Of a DNA stretch of 64,000 nucleotides, positions 23,050 through 36,410 are shown one piece after another. The notes beneath the pieces were generated by a model that had not been told where the DNA came from, made no database searches, and saw only the letters and a program-made list of their open reading frames with translations. This DNA is from Hemiscyllium ocellatum (lineage: Eukaryota). Location of the stretch: assembly GCF_020745735.1 (NCBI RefSeq), contig NC_083409.1, positions 16,988,619-17,052,618 of the forward strand, written 5' to 3'. The stretch's first letter is position 1. Every line of letters begins with the position of its first letter. The position numbers and the translations under genes are program-made.

Positions 23050-24615
23050 GGACTGTCCAGTGGAGACCAATAAGCATGGAATTCATTCCCACAGAACTCT
23101 CCAGTAGAGACCATTAAACATAGGCATCTTTGCCGCTGGAGCCTCCAATGGAGACCAGTAAATATGGGTCTATTTCCCACTGAATACTCCAGCAGAGCCT
23201 AGTTAACATGGACCTTATTCCTACTGGGCCCTCCAATAGAAACCAGGAGAGAAAGGCCTCCATTTCTTTGAACTCTCCAGTCCAGACCAGTAAATATAGA
23301 CGAGCTTCAAACTGGCTCCTCCAATACAGACCAGTAAAGATGTGACTCTTTGTGAATGGATCCTCCAATACAGACCAGTAAACAAGGATCTCATTGCAAG
23401 ATTGAACTTCGGAATGAGGAGCAGGAATAGGTAATCAAACCCGTTTCCTATTTAACATGATCATGGCTGAACTTAACCTCCTCTCCACTTTCCAGACGGC
23501 TACCTATTGCCCTCTATCCTGCTTTTCATCAGAAAGATATCTGTTTCTTTCTTGAATCTGTTGATTGATTCTGCCTCCACTGTGCTTGAGGAAGGGGGTG
23601 GGGAGGGGGGGGGAGTGGGGAGGGGGGGGGTGGAGATGATGGTGCGCACTGACATCCACAGATTCGCAACCTTCTGCGAGAAGTAGTTGGAATGGAACAG
23701 ATTCCATACAGTATGAAACCAGGCCATTCAGCCCAATAAGTCCACACCAACCCTTCAAAGAGCATTCCACCCAGAGCCATTCTGGAACCTTTTCCCTGTA
23801 ACCCTATATTTCCCATGACTAATGAATCTAACCTACACTTTCCTGGACACTATGGGTAAATTAGCATGGCCAATCCTCTGAACGTGTACATCATTAGACT
23901 GTGGGAGGAAATCAGAGCACACAGATGAAGCTCACACAGACAGGGGGAGAATGTGCAAACTCCATGCAGTTGCCTGAGGGTGGAGTCGAACCTGGGGCCC
24001 TGGCACTGTGAGGCAGCAGTGCTCACCACTGCACCACTCTGTCACCTGTAGTTTCTCCTCATCTCAGTTTTAAACATACCTCCTCTCACTCTATGTCTAT
24101 GACCTATTGTTCGAGACTGGCCCACAAGAGAGTACATCTGTTCAATGCTTGCCCTATCAATCTCCTTTAGCATCTTATATACTTCACTCAGATCTCCCCT
24201 TCATACAACTGAATTCCAGTGAGTACAAGCCCTAGCTATTCAACCATTCCTCATATGGCAGCCCTTTCATCCGGGGAATCAGTCTGGCGAACATCCTCTG
24301 AACTGAATCCAGTGCCACCATATCCTTCACCAAGTAAGGAGACCACAACTGGACACAATGCTTCAGATGTGGCCTCACAGAATTGTCACAATATATCTTT
24401 ATTTCTATAATCCAGTCCTTTTATAATAAATACCAAGATTCCAATTGCTGCAAGAAATGCCAACATTCCAATTCCATGGGACTCAATTGGAACCTCCAAC
24501 AGAGATCAGGAAACATGGGCCTCCATCCCACTGGAATGTCCAATGGACAGCAATAAGCCTGAGCTTCTTTCCCACTGGACCCTCCAGTATTGGAGCTTCA
24601 AACCCCACTTCCTCT
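23050..24615. repeat. Degenerate 44-bp tandem array upstream of promoter 1, split into 23050-23400 and about 24460-24615 by insertions
   Basis: Units such as ctccagtagagaccattaaacataggcatctttgccgctggagc and ctccaatggagaccagtaaatatgggtctatttcccactgaata, each 44 nt. Confidence 0.85.
23700..24045 (-). mobile_element. HE1-like SINE inside the 44-bp array gap
   Basis: ccattcagcccaataagtccacacc...ggcactgtgaggcagcagtgctcaccactgcacc (reverse-complement SINE). Confidence 0.8.
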
Positions 24616-25549
24616 CCATCACCTAGGTCTCTTATTTCAATCTCCACTACATTGTTTGTCTCTGCACTACATCAGCCCCTTGACCACAGAAACTCTTATT
24701 CCTGCTCATCCCACCTCCAAACTCCAACATTCTGATGTCCTCTCTCAGCTTACTCCATCTGTGCTCCATAAATTCCAAATTGTCTGGAATGAAATGGCCC
24801 CTTCCCTGTCTCATACCAAGGAGGAGATTGACAGATTTGATTTTAGTAATTAGTTGAAAGGTTACGGAGAGTGGGTGTGGTCAGAATTGGTCAAATTGAT
24901 GACGGCTCCTGCAGTTGAATATCCTGCTGGCAGGCTCCAGCCTTTTACACACAGAATGGAGAAGTGTGTATTGCAGGCATATATTGTAAAGTTCCATAGA
25001 ATTAAACCTCAGCATCAAATGTCCCTCAGGAGGGGAGAGGGAATGTTCAGGGTCCTGAGCTCCATTTCCCAGCCCAGGCAGTTTGCCTCCCAATGAATGA
25101 ATGAGATGCCAGCTTGGAGCCCAGGTTAGGGACAGTCTCTGCTGTGGACCCAAGTCAACAAGAGGCAGCTGGAGATCGAGCTGAAAGGAAAGATTTGCTG
25201 GGTTATGGGGAGAGAGGGGGCAGTGGGAATAATTGGATCACTCACAGACACCACAGGTGGGGGGGGGGGGGGTGCAGGTTTAGGACTAAATAGAGAAGGA
25301 ACTTCTTCACCCAGAGGGTGGTGAATCTATGGAATTCCCTGCCCAGCGAAGTCGTTGAGGTTTCCTCAGTAAATGTTTTTAAAGCTGATTTAGGTAATTT
25401 TTTGAACAGTAAATGAATCAAGGGTTTTGGTGAAAAGGTGGATAAGGGGGAGCTGAGGCCATGAAAAGATCAGCCATGATCTTACTGAATGGCAGAGCAG
25501 CCCAAGAGGCCAGAGAGCCTGCTCCTTCTCCTGGTTTTAATGTTCTTAT

Positions 25550-25830
25550 GTGCTGTCAGATTCCAGGGAGTGCAGACAGTTCACAGTTTTCTCCCGTCTC
25601 AGTAACAAATGTCCAGCTGCTCCGAGCTCCTTCTTTCACTTCCTCACTTGGTGAAGTTTCAACCTTGCGATCTGACAGCCTTTGCAGTTATTTTTTACAC
25701 TGGGGCTTTCTGCTGTGGTCAGAATCTCTAATAATAAGTGTCCAATCAGTGACAATCACAGCAGCTAAGAGCAGTCAGGACTGAGGAGCCAGGCTCACTG
25801 GGAAACACATTGGGAAGATCAAAGCCATCC
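25550..25830. promoter_or_regulatory. Candidate light-chain enhancer, cluster 1
   Basis: Non-repetitive block about 94% identical to 46850-47130 by hand count. Contains EICE GGAAGTGAAA (minus, 25634-25643), E-box CAGCTG (25614-25619) and CCAAT (25742-25746). Confidence 0.55.
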
Positions 25831-25902
25831 CCTTCAGGTCCCGGTACAACCTCCATCCCTCTCCCTGAGCACTGTCTGCTGCTCAACCAGACTCTTTACA
25901 AA

Positions 25903-26142
25903 AACAGAATACCTCAGCAGGTCTGGCAGCATCTGGGGAAAGAAATCAGAGTTAACCTTTCAGGTCGAGTGACCCTTCCTCAGAACAGTTCTGAGAAGGT
26001 TCACGTCCCAAAATTTTAACTCTGCTTTCTCTCCACAGATGGTGCCAGACCTGCCGAGCTTTTCCAGCAATTTCTGTTTTTGTTCCTCATTTGCAGCATC
26101 TGCAGCTTTTTCGGCTTTTATTTAGTACCAGATTCCTTAAAA
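25903..26142. mobile_element. Palindromic Penelope pseudo-LTR-derived insertion with back-to-back hammerhead-like motifs
   Basis: Arms centred on ctcagaac-a-gttctgag (25987). Minus-strand CTGAGGA-A-GGGTC-ACTC-GACCT-GAAA-GG-TT. Absent at the paralogous site (about 46770-46780). Confidence 0.65.
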
Positions 26143-29100
26143 TCTTGGCCTCATCTTTGAGGCTGATCTGAGCCCCAAATCCTCCACAGCACAGAGATCA
26201 CTCACTGAAAGTCCCACTCGTTGCTTTGGGACTCCAAACATGACCATTCTAATGTTGTCTTGGGCCACATCACAGCCACTGCCCTCTGTAAACTTCAGCT
26301 CACCCCAAAACTCTGCTGCCCGTATCCGAACTCGCAACAAATCCCATCCCCATCCCCCACTGTCCTCACTGAGCGACATTGGCTCCCGGTCCAATAACAC
26401 CTCGATTTTCAAATTCTCGTCCTTGTTCTGAAGTCCCTCCCTGTCCATCGACCCTCCCCATCTCTGTAACCTCCTCCTGGCTGCCTCACTCAGTGTGGTC
26501 AGCAATCTTGGATATATGGCTCTCTATTCCTTCATCCAAGTCATTCAGAAATATTATGAAATGCTAAAGTCCCAGGACGGATCCCTGGGCACACCACTAT
26601 TCACCTCTTGCTCATTTGAGGACACACACATTATTCCCTCACTCTGTCTCCTATCTCCAAACTAATTCCTAACCCAAGGCAAATGTTTTTCTCTAATTCA
26701 ATATGTTTCCACGCTGATGAACAATTTCTCAAACAGTGAAACTCGGAGCAGGAATAGGCCATTCAGCCCTTCGAGCCTGTTCTGCCATTCAATATGATCA
26801 TGGCTGATCATCCAACTCAGTTGCCTGTTCCTGCTTCATCCCCATAACCTTTGATCCCTTTCATTCTAAGAACTGTATCACTCCCTTTCTGGAAAACATT
26901 CAGTGGTTTGAGCTGAACTGCTTTCAGTGACAGAAACGTCTACAGGCTTCCTGTAGAATGAAAATATTTCTCTCCATCTCAGCTCTAAATGTCCTTTCCC
27001 GTATCCTTAAACTTTAATCCTTGATTCTGGACTCCTTCGTCATCAGGAACATCCTGCCTTGTCCTGTTAGGATTCTAGAGTTTTCAGTGTGACTCCCCAT
27101 AATCTTCTAACCTCCAGTGAATATAATCCTAACTGATCCAGTTTCTCATCAGATCTAAGTCTAATTGCTGTCATCCCAGGAGTCAGCCTGGTAAACCTTC
27201 GCTGCCCTCCCTCCACAGCCAGAACATCTTTCCTCAGATAAGTAGACCAAAACTGCACACAATACAATCGTAAAATCGCACAGTACAGAAGAGGCCCTTC
27301 GACCCATTGTACCTGTACCATCCAAACTACAGTAAACCTGCATTCATCCAAATTTCCAACACAAGGCCCATAGCTTTAAATGTTATGATATTTCAAGGGT
27401 TAATCCAAGTACTTTTAAAAGTCCTCCTCAACTCCCAGCCCAGACAATGCAAACCAGACCCCCACCACCCTCTGGGTGAAAATCTCCTCTTCAAATCCCC
27501 TATGAAGCTCCTGTCTTTCACAGTGAATGTGTGCCAACTCCGAAGAAGAGGAACAACTGCTTTCTATTCATTGTGTCCATTCCCCTCATAGCCGTTTACA
27601 CCTCTATCAGGTCCTCTCAACCTTCTCTGCTTCAAAGAAAACAACCCGAGTTTATCCAGCCTCTCTTCATCGCTGAAATGCTTCATCCCAAGCAACATCC
27701 TGGTGACTATTCTCTGCACCCCCTCCAATACAATCCCATCCTTCCGATTGCGTGGTGACCAGAACTGCACACAGTACTCCAGCTGTGGCCTAACAAAAAT
27801 TCTGAATAGCTCCAACATATCTTCCCTGGTCTTCTCATCTATACCTGAAATGATAAAGGCAAGTGTCCCATATGATTTCATCAATACTTTATTCACCTGT
27901 TACATTGTCCAAAGTTCATCACCTCACATTTATCAGGGGTAAGTTCCCTCTGACTCTGTTCTGCCCATCTGACCAATCCAGTTAGATCCTCGTGTCACCC
28001 AAGACCTTCTTCCTCACTGTCAACCATCTGCCAAACCTCGTGTCATCCAAAAACTCAGTCATCATCCACTCACCCCCACCCCTCACCTCTCACATTCTCA
28101 TCTTCATTGTTTCAGTACATCCTAAACAATAAGGGACCCAGCACTGATCCCTGTGGTATCCCACTGCACACTGGGCCCAGTCACATAAACAAATTTCTGC
28201 CTCCACCCTCTGTCTCCTGTCACTGAACCAGTTTTGGTTTGAATATTCAGGTGTGGACTCACTAAGGCCCCATACAATTACAGCAAGACATCCCTGTTCC
28301 TGTACTCAAATTCTCTCACTATAAAGGTAACATATCATTTACCTTCTGCACTGCCTGCTGCACCTACACGCTGACTTTCAGTGACTGGTATACACGGACA
28401 CAGGCATCTCTGCATCTTCTTCACTGCTCCCCCTCCCACCCAGCTTTGTGTCATCTGCAAATTGGAGATATTACTCTTAAGTTCCCTCATCTAAACCATG
28501 AACAAATATGTGACTAGCTGGATCCAGGCCTGTAGTACCCTTTCAGAAAAAGGTCTGTTTTTTTTTACTCTTTGTTTCCAGCCTGCCAACCACTTCTCTA
28601 TCCATGTCAGTACACTGCCCCCAGTCCCATGAGTCTTACGTTTATATGCTAATTTCTACTGTGGGACTGTTTAAAAGCCTTCTGAAGGTTCCAGATAAAC
28701 CACATCCGTTGGCTCCCCCTTGTCAAATCTGCTCATTCCATCCTCGAACAATTCCAGTCAATTTGTTAAGCATGATTTCCCTTTCACAAACCATGCTGAC
28801 TCTGTCTCATCCTGTCACTGTCTTCCACGTGCCCAGTGATTAAATCTTTCACAACGAACTTGACTATTTTTCCCAATACCAATGCCAGGCTGACTGGTCC
28901 AGGTTGCCCACTTTTCTCTCTCCCTCCCATTTTAAACAGTGATGTTACATTCGCAACTCTCCAGTCACTGGGAAAGTTCCAGAATCAATAGAATCTTGAA
29001 CACCAATGTTCCCAAAATTTTTGGGCAATTCCTGAAGTAATCTGAAATGTAGGTTATTGGTCCCTGCGGATTTATCAAACTTTAATCCCATAAATTTTCC

Positions 29101-30989
29101 AAAACCATTTCCCGAATAAAACTAATTTTCTTCAGTTCTGCCCTCAGTCTATACCCTGACGTCCCAACATGTTTCAAATGGATTTGAGTTTTCCTTTGTG
29201 TACAAAGATCCAGAATGCAGCAAAGGCAGAAATTTCCTTCCCTCTTGTCAGCGATACTTATCAATATACTTTCATCAAATCAATTTTCAATAGGAATGAC
29301 ACACTACCCACCATTTCAATGCAATCTTCTGACCTGGGAATAGGATACAAATCCATCTTTGTGACAACATTCACTTTCCTATAGTGTACACAGAATCGAA
29401 TTGAAACATCTGGCTGAGTCACCAAACAAGAGAACTCCAACTACTCTTAACAGTTCAATCAGGGGACCCTCTCTTGTTTGTGATCAGTAATTTGCTGATT
29501 TTTAGGTGGTTTGAATCATCCCCAGATCCCTGGTTCCACAAATGGGCTGATTTAAAACTGTGAAATTAAGAAGGCAATAGACAGGTGTTTCAGGGCAAAA
29601 GAATCTCTGTGTTTATTCAGAACAGGCCTGTGTCTGGAAGCTCTTGTTCAGATAGCGTTTGGTTGGTGTTCCCGCTCTCGGGTGTCCTTTGTTACAATGA
29701 TGCTCTTGGTTTGGTGTCTGGATTCAGCTTCTGTGTTTGGCCTCTGTTGTTCTTGGTTCTAAAGCTGCTTGTTGGTAGTGTGTGTTAGTAGGCCGAGGTT
29801 GTAAAAGTTAGTTTCATTCAAGAGAATGTGTTCTGGTTGGTGTCCCTTTCAGAGTTGAGTTGTGAACTGGAATTCCAGGCAGAACAATAGTTCCAGGCAG
29901 CCATTTTTTACAAAAAATCCAGGGTTTTAAATGATCATGACTTTTGCTCAATCCTACACAAGAGAACTCCAATTACGCTGACAATTCAATCAATTGATTC
30001 TCCAACAAGTATTGAGCTTCATTTGTTACTTTGACTTGTTTCTCTGGTTTTAATCAAAATGGATTTTGTTTTATTGGGTCTGAATAACCTACATCCACAT
30101 CATGTTCGATTAATCTGGGACACCTATGTGTATCTTTTAAAGACCATGTATCAGTGTAGAGTTAGGCCATTCAGCCCATCACGTCTGCCCTGCCATTCGA
30201 TCATAATTGATTTGTTTGTCAACCCCAATCTCCTGCCTTTTCTCCATTACCCTTGATCCCTTTACCAATCAAGAATCCATCTATCTCTGTCTTAAATACA
30301 CTCAATGACTTGGCCTCCACAGCATTCTGCAGCAATGATTAATCCACAGATTAACCACTCTCTGGATGAAAAATCTCCTCCTCATCTCAGTTCCAAAGGA
30401 TGGTCCCTTCACTCTGAAGCTGTGCCCTCAGTCTCTCTGCCAAGTGGAAACATCTTCTCCATGTCTACTCTATCCAGGCCTCTCAGTATACAGTATGTTT
30501 CACTGAGATTGCCCCTCATCCTTCCAAACTCCATCAAGTACAGACCGAAGACAAACTCCAACCACTCCTCAGACAAACTTCTTTGTATTCTCTGAGCAAT
30601 CTCACTCTGTCCCTCTGTTGATCTTCCTCCAGATGCAAAAATACAGTGTCTGAATTCTCTAATATCTCTGAATTTGTTCACCTCGTAGGAGGAAGTTCAC
30701 TTTGGAAATTGTCCAATTGCCTTTGGATCTCATGCTTTTTCTCATCCCCTCCTCCATTATACTCACTACTTGACACACCTGTACACGACTGAATGGTTCC
30801 TCAAAAACTGGGAGAGGAATTAAGGATGCTGGTTCAATCACATGTTGAGGTTTACCTATAACTTGACAAGTGTTTTTAAAAAATTATTCATTTTGTGTAA
30901 TGTGAGCATCACTGGTTGGCCAGGATTTGTTGCTTATCCCCAGTTGCCCAAGACCAGCATTTGTTGCTCATCCCTAATTCAACTCTTTT

Positions 30990-32300
30990 GTCCATGTTTG
31001 AACCAATCTGTAATGAAGCCAGGAGCTGAGTGACCCTGGTGGAACCCAAACTGGGCATCACTGAGCAGGTTATTGCTGAGCAGGTGCTGATTGATAGCAC
31101 TGTTGATGACATTCCATCACTTTCCCGATTATCGAGAGGAGACTGATGGGGCGGTAATTGGCTGGCTTGGATTTGACCTGCTTTTTATGTACAGGACATA
31201 GTTGGGTAATTTTCCACATTGTTGGGCAGATGCTAGTGTTATAGCTTTCCTGGAACAGCTTGGCTAGGGAAGTGACAAGTTCTGGAGCACAAGTCTTCAG
31301 TATTATTACCAGAATGTTGTTAGGGTCCAAAGCCTTTGCAGTACCCAGTGCCTCCACCCATTTCTTGATAACACGTGGAGTGAATCAAATTGACTGAAGA
31401 TGGTTATCTTTAATGCTGAGGACCACTGGCGGAGGCCAAGATGGATCATCCACTCAGAACTTCTGGCTGAGGATTTCTGCAAAAGCTTCAGCCTTATCTT
31501 TTGCCCTGATGTGTTGGACTCTTCCATCATTGAGGGTGGGGATATTTGTGGAGCCCGCTCATCCAGTGAGATGTTTAATCGTCTACCAGTACTCATGACT
31601 GGATGTGACAGGGCTGCAGAGCTTAGACCTGATCCATTGGTTGTGTGTTGTCTAATACTGTCTGTCAATTGCTGCTTGTGCTGCTTGCCATGCAAGTAGT
31701 CCTGTTTGGTGGTTTCACCTGGTAAATACCTCATCTTGGTAAAAACAATGACTGCAGATGCTGGAAACCAGAGTCTAGATTAGAGTGGTGCTGGAAAAGC
31801 ACAGCAGTTCAGGCAGCATCCGAGGAGCAGTAAAATCGACCTTTCGGGCAAAAACCCTTCATCAGGAATGCAGGAATACCTCATCTTGATGAATGACTGG
31901 TGCTGCTCCTGGTACGCCCTCCTGAATTCTCCATTGAACCAGTGTTGATTCCCTGGTTTGATGATAATGGTCGTGTCGGGGCTGGAGCACAATTCTGCTG
32001 CTGTTGATGGCCCACAGTACTTCATGGATGCCCAGTCATGAGTTGTGAGGTTGGTTGTAAGTCTGTCCCAGTTAGTCTCGTGAAAGTGCCACACAACACG
32101 ATGGAGGCTATTCTCAATGAAGGCGGGTGTTGGTCTTCACAAGGACTGTGCGGTGGTCACCCTTACTGGTACTTTCGTGTGGAGAAGCATCTGCAGCTGG
32201 CAGATTGGTAAAAATGAGTTCAAGTATGTTACATTTATAAAACTGTGCCACATCTTTATATAATTTTGGCTCAATAAAACACCTGATTCTGGATGCCTGT
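30990..32300 (-). mobile_element. Degenerate CR1/L2-clade LINE fragment
   Basis: KALDPNNILVIILKTCAPEL...VHKKQVKSKPANYRPISLLSIIGKVME (31070-31357). Confidence 0.75.
31739..31874 (-). mobile_element. 136-bp hammerhead-bearing mini-element with 14-bp TSD
   Basis: TSD aatacctcatcttg at 31725-31738 and 31875-31888; core CTGATGA-A-GGG-TTTTT-GCCC-GAAA-GG-TC at 31838-31865 (minus). Confidence 0.8.
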
Positions 32301-32599
32301 GGACAATTGGACAATTTCCAAATCCCCACGGTCCTGTCATGGAAATCTGATGTGCTCCTCACAATATCTCCATGTGATAGCTGGATGGTACCACGAGCCA
32401 ATATCTAACCAACCATTCTTCATCTGGGGGTCCATGGAGGGACGGTGGTGGGGGGGGGGGGCGGTCTCCACTTCCTCATCAGTGCTCCATTCTGAAGATA
32501 ATAGCATTCTGAAACCTCTCCAGCCTCGACCTCAGTATGAACTGACAGTGCTCATTTATTTCATTCGAGATCTGCTTTTTGGATCTGCTGTAATTAGGG

Positions 32600-34030
32600 A
32601 CATCATACCAACCACTCCACCTGGATTGTCTTCACCCTTTTGGAAAGTTTCAGCGATCCTTTCACTTGCTGTGATGTCACATCAACCCTTATTGATGGAT
32701 TTTGTTTAACCATTGCTCTGGTTACCTCACACGAAGGAGAGAGACCAGGAACCTGTTCCTGTCATTGTTCTGTTTCTTGGCCCTCCTTTGGACATTCTGT
32801 AATCATTGGGGAAGATACTGCCTTTAATCCTGACAAAATATTCCCCAGAAGAAAATCAACTCCCTCAACAGGGAATATTTTCCCCACTCCGACAATTACT
32901 TCTCCTGATAACAAATCACATTCCAGTTGTACATTTTGATGAACACCTTAGAATCCATTGAGCTCTCTGGAGGGAAAATCGATTCTTTCTCCAGTAAAAG
33001 TGATTGTATTGCCCCTGTATCTCTCAGTTTGATTCTGGGTTTAGCTGAAGAAAAAGGAGTCACCATTCCTTTTGATAAAAATCCTGTCCACCTCTCATCT
33101 ATTTTACAACTTCCTTTACTGATGACAGAATTCACCTCCAGCCTTTTTGTTATAGTTACAGCTACAACCTGCTCCGTGGGATTATCTGTTTGCATTCCCT
33201 CCTCTGACTCATTTTTACTAACTCCCATAAATCTCCTGGGTCTTACCTCACAGCTTCCAACATTCCATACGCACATGGCCCACCTTATTCCAAGAGAATC
33301 GTTTCAACTTCTGATCATCGCTTCCAGCCTCAGCAATTTCTTTCTTAATCTGAATAGTAGTTCTCGGGCAGGTCCCTCCTGTCCACTCTCTCCCCTGTCT
33401 ACCTGCCTTCCACACACACTCCCAATTTTTATTTTTCTCCCATTTCTGGGCCTGATGGGAATAAGGTTTCTGGATCGGTCTCCCATCAGGTGACTTCTCC
33501 ACCTCCTGATGCTGCTTGGCTTGTTGTGCTCTTCCAGCCTCCTGTTTGTCGACTTTGGATTCCAGCATCTGCAAGGTTTTGGCTTTAATGAAGACTATAA
33601 TCATTAACCATTCTAGCTGCTTGTCATGCTGTTCTTCCCCTTCAGGCTTTTACATGAATTCTGATTCTAGAAGGGAAGGAAGTTTTAAATCCTTCTCAGA
33701 GAATAATTTCTCCGACAGCATTGTAAGTATTCTCAGCTGTTAATACACTATGAACCTGTCAACATTATTTTGCTGAATTCTCTCAAACTCAGTAGAAGTT
33801 TGTGGAGGCTGTTTCTGTAAGTTCTGAAACATCTGTCTGTATGTTTCTGGGATCGATGCAGATGTGCTTTTCACCTTTTCACTTCCTTGTGATCCTGAGA
33901 ATGTTCCTCTGGCAGGGATATAGAAACTTCTTGTGCTTCCCAAGTTCATTTTGCATGGGCAAACTCCATTGTTTTTCCTCGCCTCACGTGTTGAAATATC
34001 TTCTCAAAAGACATGAAAAATGTCTACACC
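32600..34030 (-). mobile_element. Gmr1-like Ty3/Gypsy gag-protease remnant
   Basis: Protease motif LRDTGAIQSLLL (32896-33276); decayed zinc knuckle NKVGHVRMECWKL (33248-33604); SCAN-like YRQMFQNLQKQPPQT..EFERIQQNN (33740-33949). Confidence 0.7.
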
Positions 34031-35639
34031 TCCTTCTCTTCATAGTCATAGAGTCATAAAGCAAACAAACAGGCCCTTCTGCCCACCATTTTGATGCTGA
34101 TCAGGAACCACCAAACTGCACTAATCCCATTTACCTGCACTTGGTCCATAGCATTCCATGCCCTGGCATTTTATGTGCTCATCTGGATGTGTCTTAAATG
34201 TTGTGAGAGGAGCTGCCTCCATCACCTTCTCAAGCAGCACATTCCATATTTCTACCACCCTCTGGGGTAAAAAATATCCTCAATTCCCCTCTCAACCACC
34301 TTTTCATCACATTAAGCTTATTCCCTCCGGTCATAGACATGTCTGCCACGGGGAAAAGATGATCACAATTGACTTTGTTTATGTCTCTCAGAATTTTGTA
34401 GCCCTTAATCAGATTCACCAACCCCTTCCACCACGCCCCCCCCCCACCCCACGCCCCCATGCTTCCTCTGCTCCACAGGAAACAAACTCAGTTGATCAAG
34501 TCTCTCTCCTCATAACTAACACTTTCCATCCCAAGCAACATCCTGGTGAATCTACTCTCCACCCTCTCCAGTCCAATCATGTTTTTCCAACAGTGATATG
34601 TACACAGTGTTCCAGATATGGCCTAACCAATGCTCTGTAAATTAACAATGAGACTTCCTTACTCCGATATTCTACACACTGGCTAATGATGGCAAGCATC
34701 CCATATGCCTTCTTCACCACCCTGTCTAGCTGTGCTGATACCTTCTGGGATCGCTGGACTTGTACACCAAGGTCCCTTTGTTCCTCACTACTCCCAAGGA
34801 ACATGAGAACATAAGAGCTAGGAGCAGGAGTTGGCCATCTGGCTCTTCGAGCCTGCTCCACTGTGCAATAAGATCATGGCTGATCTTTTCCTGGACTCAA
34901 CTCCACATACCTGCACTCTCATCTTATCTCTTAATTCCTTTATTTTTCAAAAAAAAATCTGAGCTCTAAAAATATTTACTGAAGAAACATCAACTACTTC
35001 ATAGGACAAGAAATTTCATAGATTTTGACCCTCTGGGTGAAGAAGTTCCTTCTCAATTCAATCCTAAATCTGCTCCCCTTAATTTTGAGGCGATGCCCTC
35101 TTGTCCAAGTTTCACCTGCCAGTGGAAATATTCTCTCTACTTCAGTCTTATCTATTCTCTTCATAATGTTATATGTTTCTATAAGATCCCCCCTCATTCT
35201 TCTAAGTTCCAATGAATATATGCCAGTCTACTCAGTCTCTCCTCATAAGCCAACACCCTCAACTCTGGAATTAACCTTCTCTGCACCCCTTCTAGTGCCA
35301 GTACATCCTTTCTCAAGTAAGGAGACCAAAACTGCACAAAGTACTCCAGGTGTGGCCTCACCAGCACCCTGTACAGCTGCAACATAACCTCTCTGCTTTT
35401 TAAACTCAATCCCTTTAGCAATGAAGGACAAAATTCCATTTGCCTTCCTAATTGCTTGTTGTACCTGTAGACCAACCCTCTGTGATTCATGCATAAGGAC
35501 ACTCAAGGCACATGCCTTTCATTGTGTATATCCTTCCCTTATTAGACCTCCCAAACTGGATCACCTTACACTTGTCAGGATTAAATTCCATCTGCCATTG
35601 TTCTGCCCAGTTACCAGCTGATCAATATCAGACTGTAGC

Positions 35640-36410
35640 CTGAGACCCAGTAATCCAAGATGGCAGCAGAGTAGGACTCTTCAGACCAAGTTCATCTGCT
35701 CCGTCTGTTTCCTTTTCTGCTTTTTCTTCCACTGGTTTTTATTTTCTTTTGTGCTTTTCTTTTGCGGTTCTCTCTTCTTTTCTCTCCCAGCCACGGACTT
35801 CCAGCCTCACTCGCCAGGCCTCTGACCAGTGCAGCCCCAGTGTTGCGGCCTCTTGACTTGGTGTGGCAGAGTCCTAACCTGGCAGAGAGACCTCCCAGCT
35901 CGGTGAGGCAGACTCTCGGTCTGACGTGTTGGGCTCTCAGTTTAATGTGGAGGCCTCTCGGCTCAGAATGCTCGACTGTCACTCCAGCGTGACGAACTCT
36001 CGGCCTAGCATGGCGATCTCTCAATGGACCAACGTGGTTGTCTCTCGGCCCACAGGGTGGTCTTTTGCTGTATATAATGGTCTTTCAGCCCAGCACAGCC
36101 TCAGCTTGCCTTCCGGTCTCGAAGTGAATGATTCAAAGTATGATCCCACGGTAGCTAAGCACTTAAGAAAGACTGTAATGATTGAACTTCCAGATTTATT
36201 TCTTTATTTTATTCTTAAAACTAAAAAGGTAAAAAAGTCTGTAACGTGTAACTTTTAAATATATTCTTTCTTTATACCTTGTTCTTAAGATTCTGTATCT
36301 CGGTCCTTGTACCTAAGATGGCTCCTTCCAAGGTGACATCACATACTTTTCACTGTACTCCAATACTTTTGTACTTGAGTCCATGTAACAATAAAATAAA
36401 ATCAATATCA
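35640..36410 (+). mobile_element. Retroposon with an L2-like 3' tail and an internal degenerate 21-bp repeat
   Basis: ctctcgg-like cores at 35892, 35913, 35934, 35955, 35976, 35997, 36018 and 36042; tail cactgtactc...gtacttgagtccatgtaacaataaa. Confidence 0.45.

Noticed and set aside
23594-23634. G-run tracts (also about 10722, 25255, 32448, 40745) as G-quadruplex switch-like elements
   Set aside because: Short, not shared between arms, embedded in repeats; sharks have no classical switch regions.
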